From a virus, in IMG/VR virus record IMGVR_UViG_3300044701_003269, positions 32,001 to 96,000 of that record: a DNA stretch of 64,000 nucleotides, one strand, 5' to 3'. Of this stretch, positions 28,069 through 37,100 are shown in pieces; within the stretch, counting starts at the first letter, position 1, and each line of letters begins with the position of its first letter. A program made the translations under genes and the position numbers. The notes beneath the pieces were generated by a model, which saw nothing but the letters and a program-made list of their open reading frames with translations, was not told the DNA's origin and made no database searches.

Positions 28069-28676
28069 CAGATACAAAAGTAAGTTGGGATTTTTCTCGT
28101 ATAGGAACAACTCAAGGTGAATTAAGATTTGGTGACGTTGCCCTTGATGGAACAAAACTTGCGGTGCTTCTTCGCAATGTAAATCCATCAAAATCAACAG
28201 ATCATTTAATGTCATTTATTAATTCTGGAAAGTTTAATGGATCTACCTTGAATGTATGCCCCAGTGCATATCAAATTATTTGTGGAAAGACCCCGGTAGA
28301 TGGAGTTTCCTTCGTGACATATGCAGAAAATGGTGATATGATTATTGGGGCTCCGAATGGTAGAATTAGAATATTTGCAAAAGATATTGAATTAACTTCA
28401 ACAGGTAGTAGCAATTCAACTGGATTTATTCAGATGAATGCAAACGGGGGCATTGAAATCAACTCAAGATCAAATATTAATATTCAGACACCTACTAATA
28501 TTAACGTTACTGCAGAGAAGCAAATTTTAATTGCATCTCCGGGAGAAGTTAAAGTTAGAGGCCCTGGAGGTTGGAGAGCCCCTGTTGATTTTTGTTTTGG
28601 ACCCATTGTTGGAGGAACAACCACATTACAATTTCTTGATGGACTTAAAAAATTAATTGGTAGTATAGGAGGTTGA
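28065..28676 (+). CDS. beta-helix spike-like virion protein
   Basis: AENGD..I.APNGRIRIFAKDI beta repeats; ATGA-coupled. Confidence 0.6.
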   Translation: MTDTKVSWDFSRIGTTQGELRFGDVALDGTKLAVLLRNVNPSKSTDHLMSFINSGKFNGSTLNVCPSAYQIICGKTPVDGVSFVTYAENGDMIIGAPNGRIRIFAKDIELTSTGSSNSTGFIQMNANGGIEINSRSNINIQTPTNINVTAEKQILIASPGEVKVRGPGGWRAPVDFCFGPIVGGTTTLQFLDGLKKLIGSIGG

Positions 28677-28677
28677 T

Positions 28678-29757
28678 ATGGCAGATTTTGGTGAACTTTT
28701 AGTTGGCGGACAGTTTCAGGTAACTGCAGGTCTTCCCGGAGGTCTTCCAGGACCTCCCCCAACAGTATTTGGAGGTAGTGCTGCAGGACCTCCAGTAAAT
28801 GGTAGTGCTTGGATTGAAGGACCTATGTTGATTGGTTCTCCAATTGCATATCCATTACCTAGGCCAGCAGCAACTTTTATGTTAGGTAGAACACAAAACT
28901 ATCTAGCACCAGAATTAAAGGGTTTACCAATACTAGCAATTACAAGTAGGGGGTTTGCACCTACTCCAACTGACTTATTGATCGGAGATCCTGCTGGTAT
29001 TGTTGGAATATCGATTAATTCATCAACTATCACTGTAACTAATAAAACAACAATTGGTATTTTTTCCAAAAATCTTACTGGAGTAATTCCAAAAGTAAAT
29101 TTGGTTGGTAAAAAATTAGGTATAATAGCAAAAACAACTGTTACTGGTAAGACCTCAATTATAGGAGTAACTAAAGTTACGCCAAAATTAGCTGTTTTGG
29201 GTAAGGCAAATATTAATGGTAGTTTAAGAGTTGCTGGGAAAATATCCAGCCCTACAATTGCAGAATTAAGAGCAAAAATTGCAACTAAAAAGACTAGACC
29301 ATTTGATATGCCACACCCCAATAAAAAAGGGTGGAGATTGCGCCACGTTTGTATAGAAGGACCAGAAATTGCAGTTTATTGTAGAGGAAAAGTTCCCGAG
29401 GATGGTATTATTAATCTTCCATCTTTCTGGGAAGGTCTTGTAAATGTTGAAGATATGTCTATTAATATAACTCCTCTTGGATGTTGGCAAGAACTTTTTG
29501 TTAAAGAGGTATTATGGGGTAAGCAAGTTGTAGTTCGCAATAATGCAGGTGGTCCTATTAATGCAGACTATCATATTGTAGCCCGTCGCATAGACGATGA
29601 CCTGATAGTTGAATATGAGGGAGAATCCCACGAAGACTATCCGGGTGGTAATGAAGATTATTCTTTTGATTTTGAGAGTAATTATGTTGAAAACTTAATT
29701 AAAGATACTGTTCGTAGTCATATTGACAGTAAACTGCAAATCGCTGATACAAAATAA
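28678..29757 (+). CDS. virion spike/tail-associated protein
   Basis: PFDMPHP..KGWRLRHVCIEGPE..VY.RG C-terminal module. Confidence 0.6.
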   Translation: MADFGELLVGGQFQVTAGLPGGLPGPPPTVFGGSAAGPPVNGSAWIEGPMLIGSPIAYPLPRPAATFMLGRTQNYLAPELKGLPILAITSRGFAPTPTDLLIGDPAGIVGISINSSTITVTNKTTIGIFSKNLTGVIPKVNLVGKKLGIIAKTTVTGKTSIIGVTKVTPKLAVLGKANINGSLRVAGKISSPTIAELRAKIATKKTRPFDMPHPNKKGWRLRHVCIEGPEIAVYCRGKVPEDGIINLPSFWEGLVNVEDMSINITPLGCWQELFVKEVLWGKQVVVRNNAGGPINADYHIVARRIDDDLIVEYEGESHEDYPGGNEDYSFDFESNYVENLIKDTVRSHIDSKLQIADTK

Positions 29758-29778
29758 ATATTCTAAAGATTTATAAAA

Positions 29779-31173
29779 ATGGATCCCAGATATTATAAAA
29801 TTCTTAATGATACTTTCAGAACGAATTTAGATGAATCGAACACGGCAATTGAAGAAACTCTAGAATCAATCATTGAGTTGGATGGTTCTAAGGCTCCCTA
29901 TGATGACATTATTTTATCTCTTGATGCAGATATTTTCAATGAAGTAGGAAATGTAAATTCAAAAATTATTGATGTTGCATCTGCATATCAAGATAGGATT
30001 AATGTTGGTTGTAGGACTGATGTATTTTGGAGAGTAACTGGGGTTGCGGGAACTGTTTATACGCTAGTTGCAACCAAATTGTCTCTTGCTGGTTATGCAG
30101 GAACCCTTCCAACAGTAGAATACTTTGATGGAAGCACAATCACATCTTATGATAATTTTGATATTTTTGGATTTGATTCAGAACCGGCATATGGAATCAA
30201 ATATTATGACGAACCACTGACAGAAGACCTTGAAGATACTTTTGTTACAAGTTTTACTGGTATTATTGAGTCGGGATCATCCGAATTAATTACACTATCT
30301 CCTGTAGGGTCTTCCTCAACAATTGGTATTTCCACATCTTCGGGCCAATTAGTCATCTCTTCAAAACAAGATGTTTTACCATCTTCAAGTAATATTATAG
30401 GTATTGGAACCACTACTCTATCGAGATCTATTCTAGGAATATCTACAGAAACTCCTGTCACAACTCTGACACTTGACTCCATTGCAATTGGTGATGCATC
30501 CGCTCCAGAATCTGATGGATCTTATGTTACTTTTACCGTCCTTTCTTCAGTATCAGATCTTAATATTGAATATTATGATTTACTTTCAGAAAAGGACCCA
30601 TCTATTCCACAAATTATTGGCATTATTACTTCTGGCAATCTAGGTATAGGTGTTTCAATTCAATATGATAATTCTGGATTTGAACCAAATGTTATTGCTT
30701 GGAATCCTGATGCTTTTGATCCTGATGCATTTGATGAAGAAAACCCCACCGTCACTACTTCTGAACCTGAAGTTGGTGCTGGTAATTTTTATTTCCCAGT
30801 AGGATTTTCTTCTTATCCAATTACTTTAAGTGGTGAAAGAGTTTCGGTTGGATTTGTGACAACTGTAAATATTAGTCAAATTGCAGGTATTCTTTCGTCA
30901 ACATCGCCTTGTCCCACTCAAGAAACTAATTTAACTAATGCAATCAATACATTAAACATTGCGAAGTCTGATATTGCATCTGGTATCAGCACTCTCAATT
31001 ATAAAATTGATGTGTCAAATACTTTTAGAGAACAACGCAAGGAAATTCAATCCGAAATTTGGACTCTAAGACAGCAAATTGCAGAATTCCGTGCAGATAT
31101 TATTAAATTTGATAAGGCCCTTAACTTCCTTGGCGTGTCAACGGTGACTGATATAATCTTAGAAACCCCTTGA
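29779..31173 (+). CDS. putative virion structural protein
   Basis: 464 aa acidic ORF after an ATAAATA late motif. Confidence 0.65.
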   Translation: MDPRYYKILNDTFRTNLDESNTAIEETLESIIELDGSKAPYDDIILSLDADIFNEVGNVNSKIIDVASAYQDRINVGCRTDVFWRVTGVAGTVYTLVATKLSLAGYAGTLPTVEYFDGSTITSYDNFDIFGFDSEPAYGIKYYDEPLTEDLEDTFVTSFTGIIESGSSELITLSPVGSSSTIGISTSSGQLVISSKQDVLPSSSNIIGIGTTTLSRSILGISTETPVTTLTLDSIAIGDASAPESDGSYVTFTVLSSVSDLNIEYYDLLSEKDPSIPQIIGIITSGNLGIGVSIQYDNSGFEPNVIAWNPDAFDPDAFDEENPTVTTSEPEVGAGNFYFPVGFSSYPITLSGERVSVGFVTTVNISQIAGILSSTSPCPTQETNLTNAINTLNIAKSDIASGISTLNYKIDVSNTFREQRKEIQSEIWTLRQQIAEFRADIIKFDKALNFLGVSTVTDIILETP

Positions 31174-31198
31174 CACCGACCCCTGACGGTGGTATGAT
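31170..31198 (+). promoter_or_regulatory. sigma70-type promoter
   Basis: TTGACA-17 bp-TATGAT with extended TG. Confidence 0.75.
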
Positions 31199-31223
31199 AC
31201 TTGGGTAATCAACGGATGACCTA

Positions 31224-31406
31224 ATGCAAGACGAGTATCTCTCACGCTGCGTGGTGGACCCTATCAAGCGTACAGTGTATTTGTATTCCAATGAAGGGTC
31301 AGAGAAAGAAGTGGTATGCGATACCGTGGATGAGTTTATGAACGTGTTAGAGTTTGTTCGTGCTACAGTGGATGCAGAGACTCTCTCATACGCAAATCCA
31401 CTTTAG
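31224..31406 (+). CDS. hypothetical cyanophage protein
   Basis: 60 aa ORF after the promoter. Confidence 0.75.
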   Translation: MQDEYLSRCVVDPIKRTVYLYSNEGSEKEVVCDTVDEFMNVLEFVRATVDAETLSYANPL

Positions 31407-31497
31407 CTTCCATTTTTGGTCGGAAAAAATCTTCCGGCAAATCAATCTTATTAGATTTTTTAGGTGGAATATTTATCCCCCATAAATAATAATAGAT

Positions 31498-31926
31498 ATG
31501 AATAAACTTATGGATGATTTTAGTTGGTTAGTGGGAATTTTTGAAGGAGAAGGATGGTTCGGACTTAAAAAAAGAACATCTAAAATTCAAAACAAAACTT
31601 ATATCTACTATTATCCTCATATGTCTATTACTATGACGGATGAAGACATCATTAAACGTTTGAGTTCTATTCTAAAACACGAACACTATAGAACTTTCAC
31701 TCCTTCCGGAAAAAACGTAAAGGGTGAAAACTATAAAACAGCACATCGTTTATCAATCTGTGGACCTAAAGCAATGTATATTGCTGAAAAAATGGAACCT
31801 TTCTTATCTGAAAGAAGAAAGGAACAAATTAAATATGCTCGTGAAAATCAATCACGAAAAACAACATATAAAGAAGGATATACTCCGGTAGTTAAAAAAC
31901 AAACAAATTATGGTTTAATGTTTTAA
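31498..31926 (+). CDS. free-standing single-motif LAGLIDADG homing endonuclease
   Basis: WLVGIFEGEGWF helix, I.MTDEDII, PFL..RRKEQI; ATAAATA late motif upstream. Confidence 0.8.
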   Translation: MNKLMDDFSWLVGIFEGEGWFGLKKRTSKIQNKTYIYYYPHMSITMTDEDIIKRLSSILKHEHYRTFTPSGKNVKGENYKTAHRLSICGPKAMYIAEKMEPFLSERRKEQIKYARENQSRKTTYKEGYTPVVKKQTNYGLMF

Positions 31927-31928
31927 AA

Positions 31929-32108
31929 ATGAGACCAGAAACAAGAGAATCGATGGAAATGCTGTTCGCAGCAAAATGGAATGTACCAACGGCAGCAAAG
32001 AACTGTAATCTTACCAACAAAGAAATGAAGATTACATTCAATGAATACTGCCGTTTACATCCTCCAACTTATGTTGTAGAATCAGGTAGTCAACTCAGTT
32101 TCTTCTGA
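31929..32108 (+). CDS. hypothetical protein (59 aa, MRPETRESMEMLFAAKWN...)
   Basis: Translated by hand. Confidence 0.65.
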   Translation: MRPETRESMEMLFAAKWNVPTAAKNCNLTNKEMKITFNEYCRLHPPTYVVESGSQLSFF

Positions 32109-32116
32109 GTTTTTAT

Positions 32117-32398
32117 GCGAGTATGGTGGAATCGGTAGACACACCAGACTTATGAAAATTGAGCCTCATTTGAGAAATCTTATGAGTGTAATTCCTCAAA
32201 TTCGGTGAAACCTGTAAAATGGCAATACCGAGCCAAGCATCGTAAGATGAAGGTGTAGAGACTAGACGGGGAACACCTAAACCGAAAGGTATGGTGAAGG
32301 TATAGTCCAGACCACAAACCGAAAGGGTAGTGAAAACTATAGTGGTACGAAAATCTGTTGGGCGTATGCCCGTGGGAGTTCAAGTCTCCCTACTCGCA
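32117..32398 (+). tRNA. trnL: tRNA-Leu(UAA), intron-containing (exons 32117-32151 and 32350-32398)
   Basis: Acceptor GCGAGTA/TACTCGC; D-arm; spliced anticodon arm CCAGA-CTT^AAAA-TCTGT; long variable arm GGGC-gtat-GCCC; T-arm GGGAG-TTCAAGT-CTCCC. Confidence 0.92.
32152..32349 (+). mobile_element. group I intron (198 nt, trnL(UAA)-like)
   Basis: Follows U, ends in G; ATTGAGCC IGS; P AAATTCGGTGAA, Q AATACCGAGCC, R GTAGAGACTA, S AAGGTATAGTCC; P7 GACTA/TAGTC. Confidence 0.9.
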
Positions 32399-32443
32399 CT
32401 GAGGTTTATCCTCTAAATACTCAAAAGTAATAGGAATATTACT

Positions 32444-32713
32444 ATGAAGTACAGAATTGATGCCGCTTATGTCTGGTACAATCGCGGAAGACAAATCGTT
32501 TTAATGTACTTTATAAATTCTATTCCTTTTACTTTTGACGAACTCCCTGACGAATCTTTATTTGACTTGGAGTTAATTGAATTAGCAGACAAAGAAAGAC
32601 GTTTTGAACCTGAAGACTTATATCAATCTTCTTATTACTTAATTTTAGAAGAATGCCACCCTTTGCTTTATGAGTTGGATTTAGAAAATCCAGAGTGTAT
32701 GCCTGCTGATTAA
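32444..32713 (+). CDS. hypothetical cyanophage protein
   Basis: 89 aa acidic ORF after a CTAAATA late motif. Confidence 0.75.
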   Translation: MKYRIDAAYVWYNRGRQIVLMYFINSIPFTFDELPDESLFDLELIELADKERRFEPEDLYQSSYYLILEECHPLLYELDLENPECMPAD

Positions 32714-32715
32714 AT

Positions 32716-32787
32716 GCCCTTGTAGCTCAGTGGTAGAGCAACGGTTTTGTAAACCGTTGGCCGTCTGTTCGAATCAGATCGGGGGCT
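32716..32787 (+). tRNA. trnT: tRNA-Thr(UGU)
   Basis: GCCCTTG/CGGGGGC acceptor; ACGGT-TT-TGT-AA-ACCGT anticodon arm; TTCGAAT T-loop; no encoded CCA. Confidence 0.92.
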
Positions 32788-32808
32788 TTGAGTTCTATAA
32801 AACTCCAA

Positions 32809-32967
32809 ATGTCACTTATTTCACAACAAGACCGCCAAATGGTCATTGAAGCACTTGAGTATTATGTTTACGATATGGAAAAAAATAACTGCAACGATGC
32901 GGCAATTTATTCCTACAACACACTCCTTAACTGGATACGACTCGAACACTTCAAACATGAAAATTAA
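32809..32967 (+). CDS. hypothetical protein (52 aa, MSLISQQDRQMVIEALEYY...)
   Basis: Translated by hand. Confidence 0.6.
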   Translation: MSLISQQDRQMVIEALEYYVYDMEKNNCNDAAIYSYNTLLNWIRLEHFKHEN

Positions 32968-33130
32968 TCTTTGGTATTGTGATGGGATGAAGCAATGGCG
33001 GTGGACACTGACTGATTCTTCACGCCCTATTAGCAGACAAGAATCTGGTCAAAGACCTTTTCTTCGTGATGCTATGAACGATGTAGCAAATACCGTAGAA
33101 TATATGTTAGAATGCAAACAAAGTGAGTAG
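32957..33130 (+). CDS. hypothetical cyanophage protein
   Basis: MKINLWYC..MKQWRWTL; ATG at 32957 within track ORF 32846..33130. Confidence 0.7.
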   Translation: MKINLWYCDGMKQWRWTLTDSSRPISRQESGQRPFLRDAMNDVANTVEYMLECKQSE

Positions 33131-33140
33131 AAATACTTAG

Positions 33141-33761
33141 ATGAAATCAGATTTTTATATAGATAGGGTAGGTAAAGAAGAAATAAAAGAACTTCTTTAT
33201 ACCTATCATTATCTTAAAGACGAATCTAAAGATTTCAAATCGCATTTCAACTATGGGCTTTTCAGATCCTCAGTTTCTGATATTCTTAGGGTTGGTGGGT
33301 GCTTGGGCACTTGTATCTTTACTGGGTTACCAGTCCCCGAAATAGCAGTAGGTGCGTTTGGTTTAGAAAGAAACCAACAAGAAGGTATATACGAACTCTC
33401 AAGACTTTGTATACATCCCCTTATTCAAAAAGAAGAATATAACATCACATCTTGGTTCGTTAGTCGTTGCATAAGGAGATTTAAAAAAGATGCCCGCGTT
33501 CGTGCTATTCTTAGTTACGCTGACAATAATCAGCACTCTGGAATTATATACAGAGCTTGTAATTTTCAATACTATGGTTTGACTGATAAGAAATCGGACT
33601 TCTGGATAAAGCAATCTGATGGTTCCTTCATAAAACATTCAAGAGGTCCAATTAAAGGATTAGAAGGTGAATGGAGAGATCGTAGTCGTAAACATAGATA
33701 CCTGATGATATTTGATAAGGAACTGAAGAAAAGGTTGACGTGGGAAGAGAAATCGTGGTAA
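33141..33761 (+). CDS. Mom-like (GNAT-fold) DNA modification protein
   Basis: YHY, ELSRL, LSYAD, G.IYRACNFQYYG, KHRY motifs. Confidence 0.65.
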   Translation: MKSDFYIDRVGKEEIKELLYTYHYLKDESKDFKSHFNYGLFRSSVSDILRVGGCLGTCIFTGLPVPEIAVGAFGLERNQQEGIYELSRLCIHPLIQKEEYNITSWFVSRCIRRFKKDARVRAILSYADNNQHSGIIYRACNFQYYGLTDKKSDFWIKQSDGSFIKHSRGPIKGLEGEWRDRSRKHRYLMIFDKELKKRLTWEEKSW

Positions 33762-33806
33762 AATAAAAAAGGTGATACTAAACCAAACCCCTTCCGTGTG
33801 ACTTGA

Positions 33807-33829
33807 AAACCTCCCCTGGAGGTTTTCTT
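33807..33829 (+). terminator. terminator hairpin
   Basis: AAAACCTCC-cct-GGAGGTTTT. Confidence 0.65.
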
Positions 33830-33859
33830 GTAATAAATACTCAAAACTTATTATTAGGT

Positions 33860-34060
33860 ATGACTGAACAACAAAATCATCTTTTTCAAATTGTCGAGCA
33901 ACAAAAACAAATTATTAATGAGATTAATATTCTTAACGGTCAATTAAATTCAAAAAAAGAGCATCTATATAAACTCCAAGGTGCAATTGAATATCTTGAA
34001 GGAATTGGAGTTTCTCTTCCAGAATCAGATACTGAGATTGAAGAAAGTATTGAAGATTAA
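33860..34060 (+). CDS. small coiled-coil protein
   Basis: MTEQQNHL...KLQGAIEYL; late motif and AGG upstream. Confidence 0.7.
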   Translation: MTEQQNHLFQIVEQQKQIINEINILNGQLNSKKEHLYKLQGAIEYLEGIGVSLPESDTEIEESIED

Positions 34061-34064
34061 AAAT

Positions 34065-34094
34065 AAAAACCTCCAGGTGCCTGGAGGTTTTTTT
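34065..34094. terminator. bidirectional terminator hairpin
   Basis: AAAAACCTCCAG-gtgc-CTGGAGGTTTTTTT. Confidence 0.75.
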
Positions 34095-34135
34095 AATGGA
34101 TAAATAATCTATAACAGAACTTATAAAAGAATAAG

Positions 34136-37100
34136 ATGGGATTAAGTCGTCTTGATAATTTCCTAAAGAATACACGAGGAGAGATTTTATATGTAGATCC
34201 TTCAAGTGCTGACTCTACTGATTCTATAGAAAATCGTGGAAATAGTTTAACCAGACCTTTTAAAACTATTCAACGTGCATTTATAGAAGCAGCTAGGTTT
34301 TCATATCAGCGTGGATTAGATAATGATAGGTTTGGCAAAACAACTATCATGCTCTACCCAGGAGAGCACATAATTGATAATAGACCAGGATGGATTCCAA
34401 TTTCTACTAACGGAGGAACCTTCCAAACAAGATCTGGCGATATTGAAACAGACTTCCAAGAATTTGATCGCGCAACAAATTTTGATATTAATTCCGAAAA
34501 TAACGTTCTTTATAAGTTCAATAGTATCCACGGTGGTGTAATTGTTCCTCGTGGAACATCTCTTGTTGGTATTGATTTAAGAAAAACAAAAATAAGACCA
34601 AAATATATTCCAGACCCAGTTAATTCAAATATTGAAAGATCTGCAATTTTTAGACTTACTGGTATCTGCTATATGTGGCAGTTCAGTATTCTTGACGCAG
34701 ACCCAAATGGTTCTTGCTTCAAAGATTATACAAGCAACTCTTTTGTTCCTAATTTTTCTCACCATAAGTTAACTGCATTTGAATATGCAGATGGTGTAAA
34801 CAACATTAATATTGATGACAATTTCTTAACCTATTCTGCAGAAAAAACAGACCTTGACATATACTATGAAAAAATTGGAATTGCATATGGTCCTTCAAGT
34901 GGCAGAGAAATTCTTCCAGAAACCATCAGTTCTCCTCTCGATATTCAACCAAAAATTGATGAGTTCCGTATTGTTGGTTCAAAAGGTGGTGATGTTGGAA
35001 TTACTAGTATTAAAGCTGGTAATGGAATAATTCCGACGACTACTGTTACAGTCACTCTAGAAGAAAATGATCTTGGTTTAGATGTTGATACTCCTATTCG
35101 TATTGAAGGAATTAATGCTTCTGGATATGACGGCCAATTTGTTGTCAGTGAAGTTGTAAGTTCTACAGAAATTAAATATCAAGTATCTAATCCGCCAGTA
35201 GAAGCACTTCCTGCAGTTACTGGATCAACCCTTAACATTTCAGTTGATACCGTTACTTCGGCATCTCCATATGTGTTTAATATTTCTATGCGTTCTGTTT
35301 ATGGAATGTGTGGTCTTCATGCAGATGGAAATAAGGCTAATGGATTTAAATCCATGGTCGTTGCACAATTTACTGGTATCGGACTTCAAAAAGATGATAA
35401 TGCATTTGTAAAGTATAATTCAACATCTGGTCTCTATGAAGATAGCACTGTAAGTGGCAATGAGAATATTCATACAGATTCTAGAGCAAGATTTAAACCA
35501 GATTATGAAAACTACCATATTAAGTGCTCCAATGAAGGATTTATTCAGGTAGTTTCTGTTTTTGCTATTGGTTATGCAAATCACTTCCTTGCAGAAACTG
35601 GTGGTGATTTATCAATTACTAACTCCAACTCCAACTTTGGTGCAAAAGCACTAGTATCTTCTGGATTTAGATTAAATGCATTTCCAAAAGACGATGTTGG
35701 CTATATAACTCATATTATTCCACCAAAAGAATATGAACCTACAGAAACAACATTAGAATTTTCTGCTATTGATATTGCAAAAACAGTTGGAATTGCGTCA
35801 ACAAATCGTTTATATCTCTATGAAGAAACTAATCGTTGGATTCCCCCAGATAATGTTCTCGAAGGTTATAGAATAGGTGCTAAACCAGGCGACACTTTAA
35901 ATGTATTGCTATCTCAATCTGGAATTACAACTCAGTTTTCGGCAAGAATTATTATGCCAGATACTGAATTTAGTGGAAATGAAATAACCGCAGAAAAATC
36001 ATATAGAGTTAGCACTTCTGGAGGTTCTAATAGTATTTCTAGTAATATTATTACACTAACAACTTCACATTCATTGAATGATGGCGAAACTGTAAGAGTA
36101 TTGAGCAATAATGGCCAACTTCCTGATGGAATAGTTCCAAATCACGTATACTATGCAATTACTACAGGATTATCTGCTAACCAGTTAAAGATAGCACAAA
36201 GTTTGAATGATGCTTTAGATGGTTCGGAAGTTAGTATTAATAATAAAGGCGGTGTTTTAACGGTTGTAAGTAGAGTATCTGACAAGCACACTGGTGATGT
36301 CGGACACCCTATTCAATGGGATAGTACTGAGGGTCAATGGTATATTAATGTTGCAACTGCTTCGAGTGAGAATTCAATATATTCAAATATAATTGGGTTT
36401 GGAACAACCGGTTTAGGTGATGCATCCTCAAGAACTTTTATTAATCGTCAGTATGATGCAAGAATACTGGATGATTCAATCTATAGGGTTCGTTATGTAA
36501 TTCCAAAAGATTCTCCAGAAACTGCAAGACCTCCTTCAGATGGATTCATTATACAGGAATCAAATTCTACGATTGGAAATACTAATACTGAAATTGCCTA
36601 TCAATTTAATCCATCATCAGTCACACTTTCAAATGTTACTGATCTAAGAAACCAAAAAATAATTGCAAATGCAACTTGGGATGGAACTCAAGCAAATATT
36701 ATTACAGAAATTCCTCACAAATTGCAAGTGGGTTCTGAAGTTAAAATTTTAAATGTTGCAAGCACAGGCAATTTAGCTGGAGCTGCGAATTCTGCATATA
36801 ATGGAACTTTTACCGTAGCGGGAATTAGTAGTTCAAAACACTTTAGTTATGCTCTTGCAAATGATCCTGGAACATTTACAAACGATGTCTCCAGTCGCAC
36901 TTCTTCACTTCCTTACTATCAAAGAAAGAGATATAATACGACTTATGTAATTTACAAGACTAAAGAAATTAAAAGATATATTAAGAACGAACAGGATGGT
37001 ATATATCATTTAACTCTTCTGAATGCATCAAATTCTCCAAATGTTGCTCCATTTGATAATGTCAGACTTATACAACCTATTGTTAATCTTTATCCCCAAT

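Noticed and set aside
32180-32383. 67-aa minus-strand ORF inside the tRNA intron as an intron-encoded protein
   Set aside because: Antisense to the intron core and 3' exon, no endonuclease motif; the sequence is explained by RNA structure.
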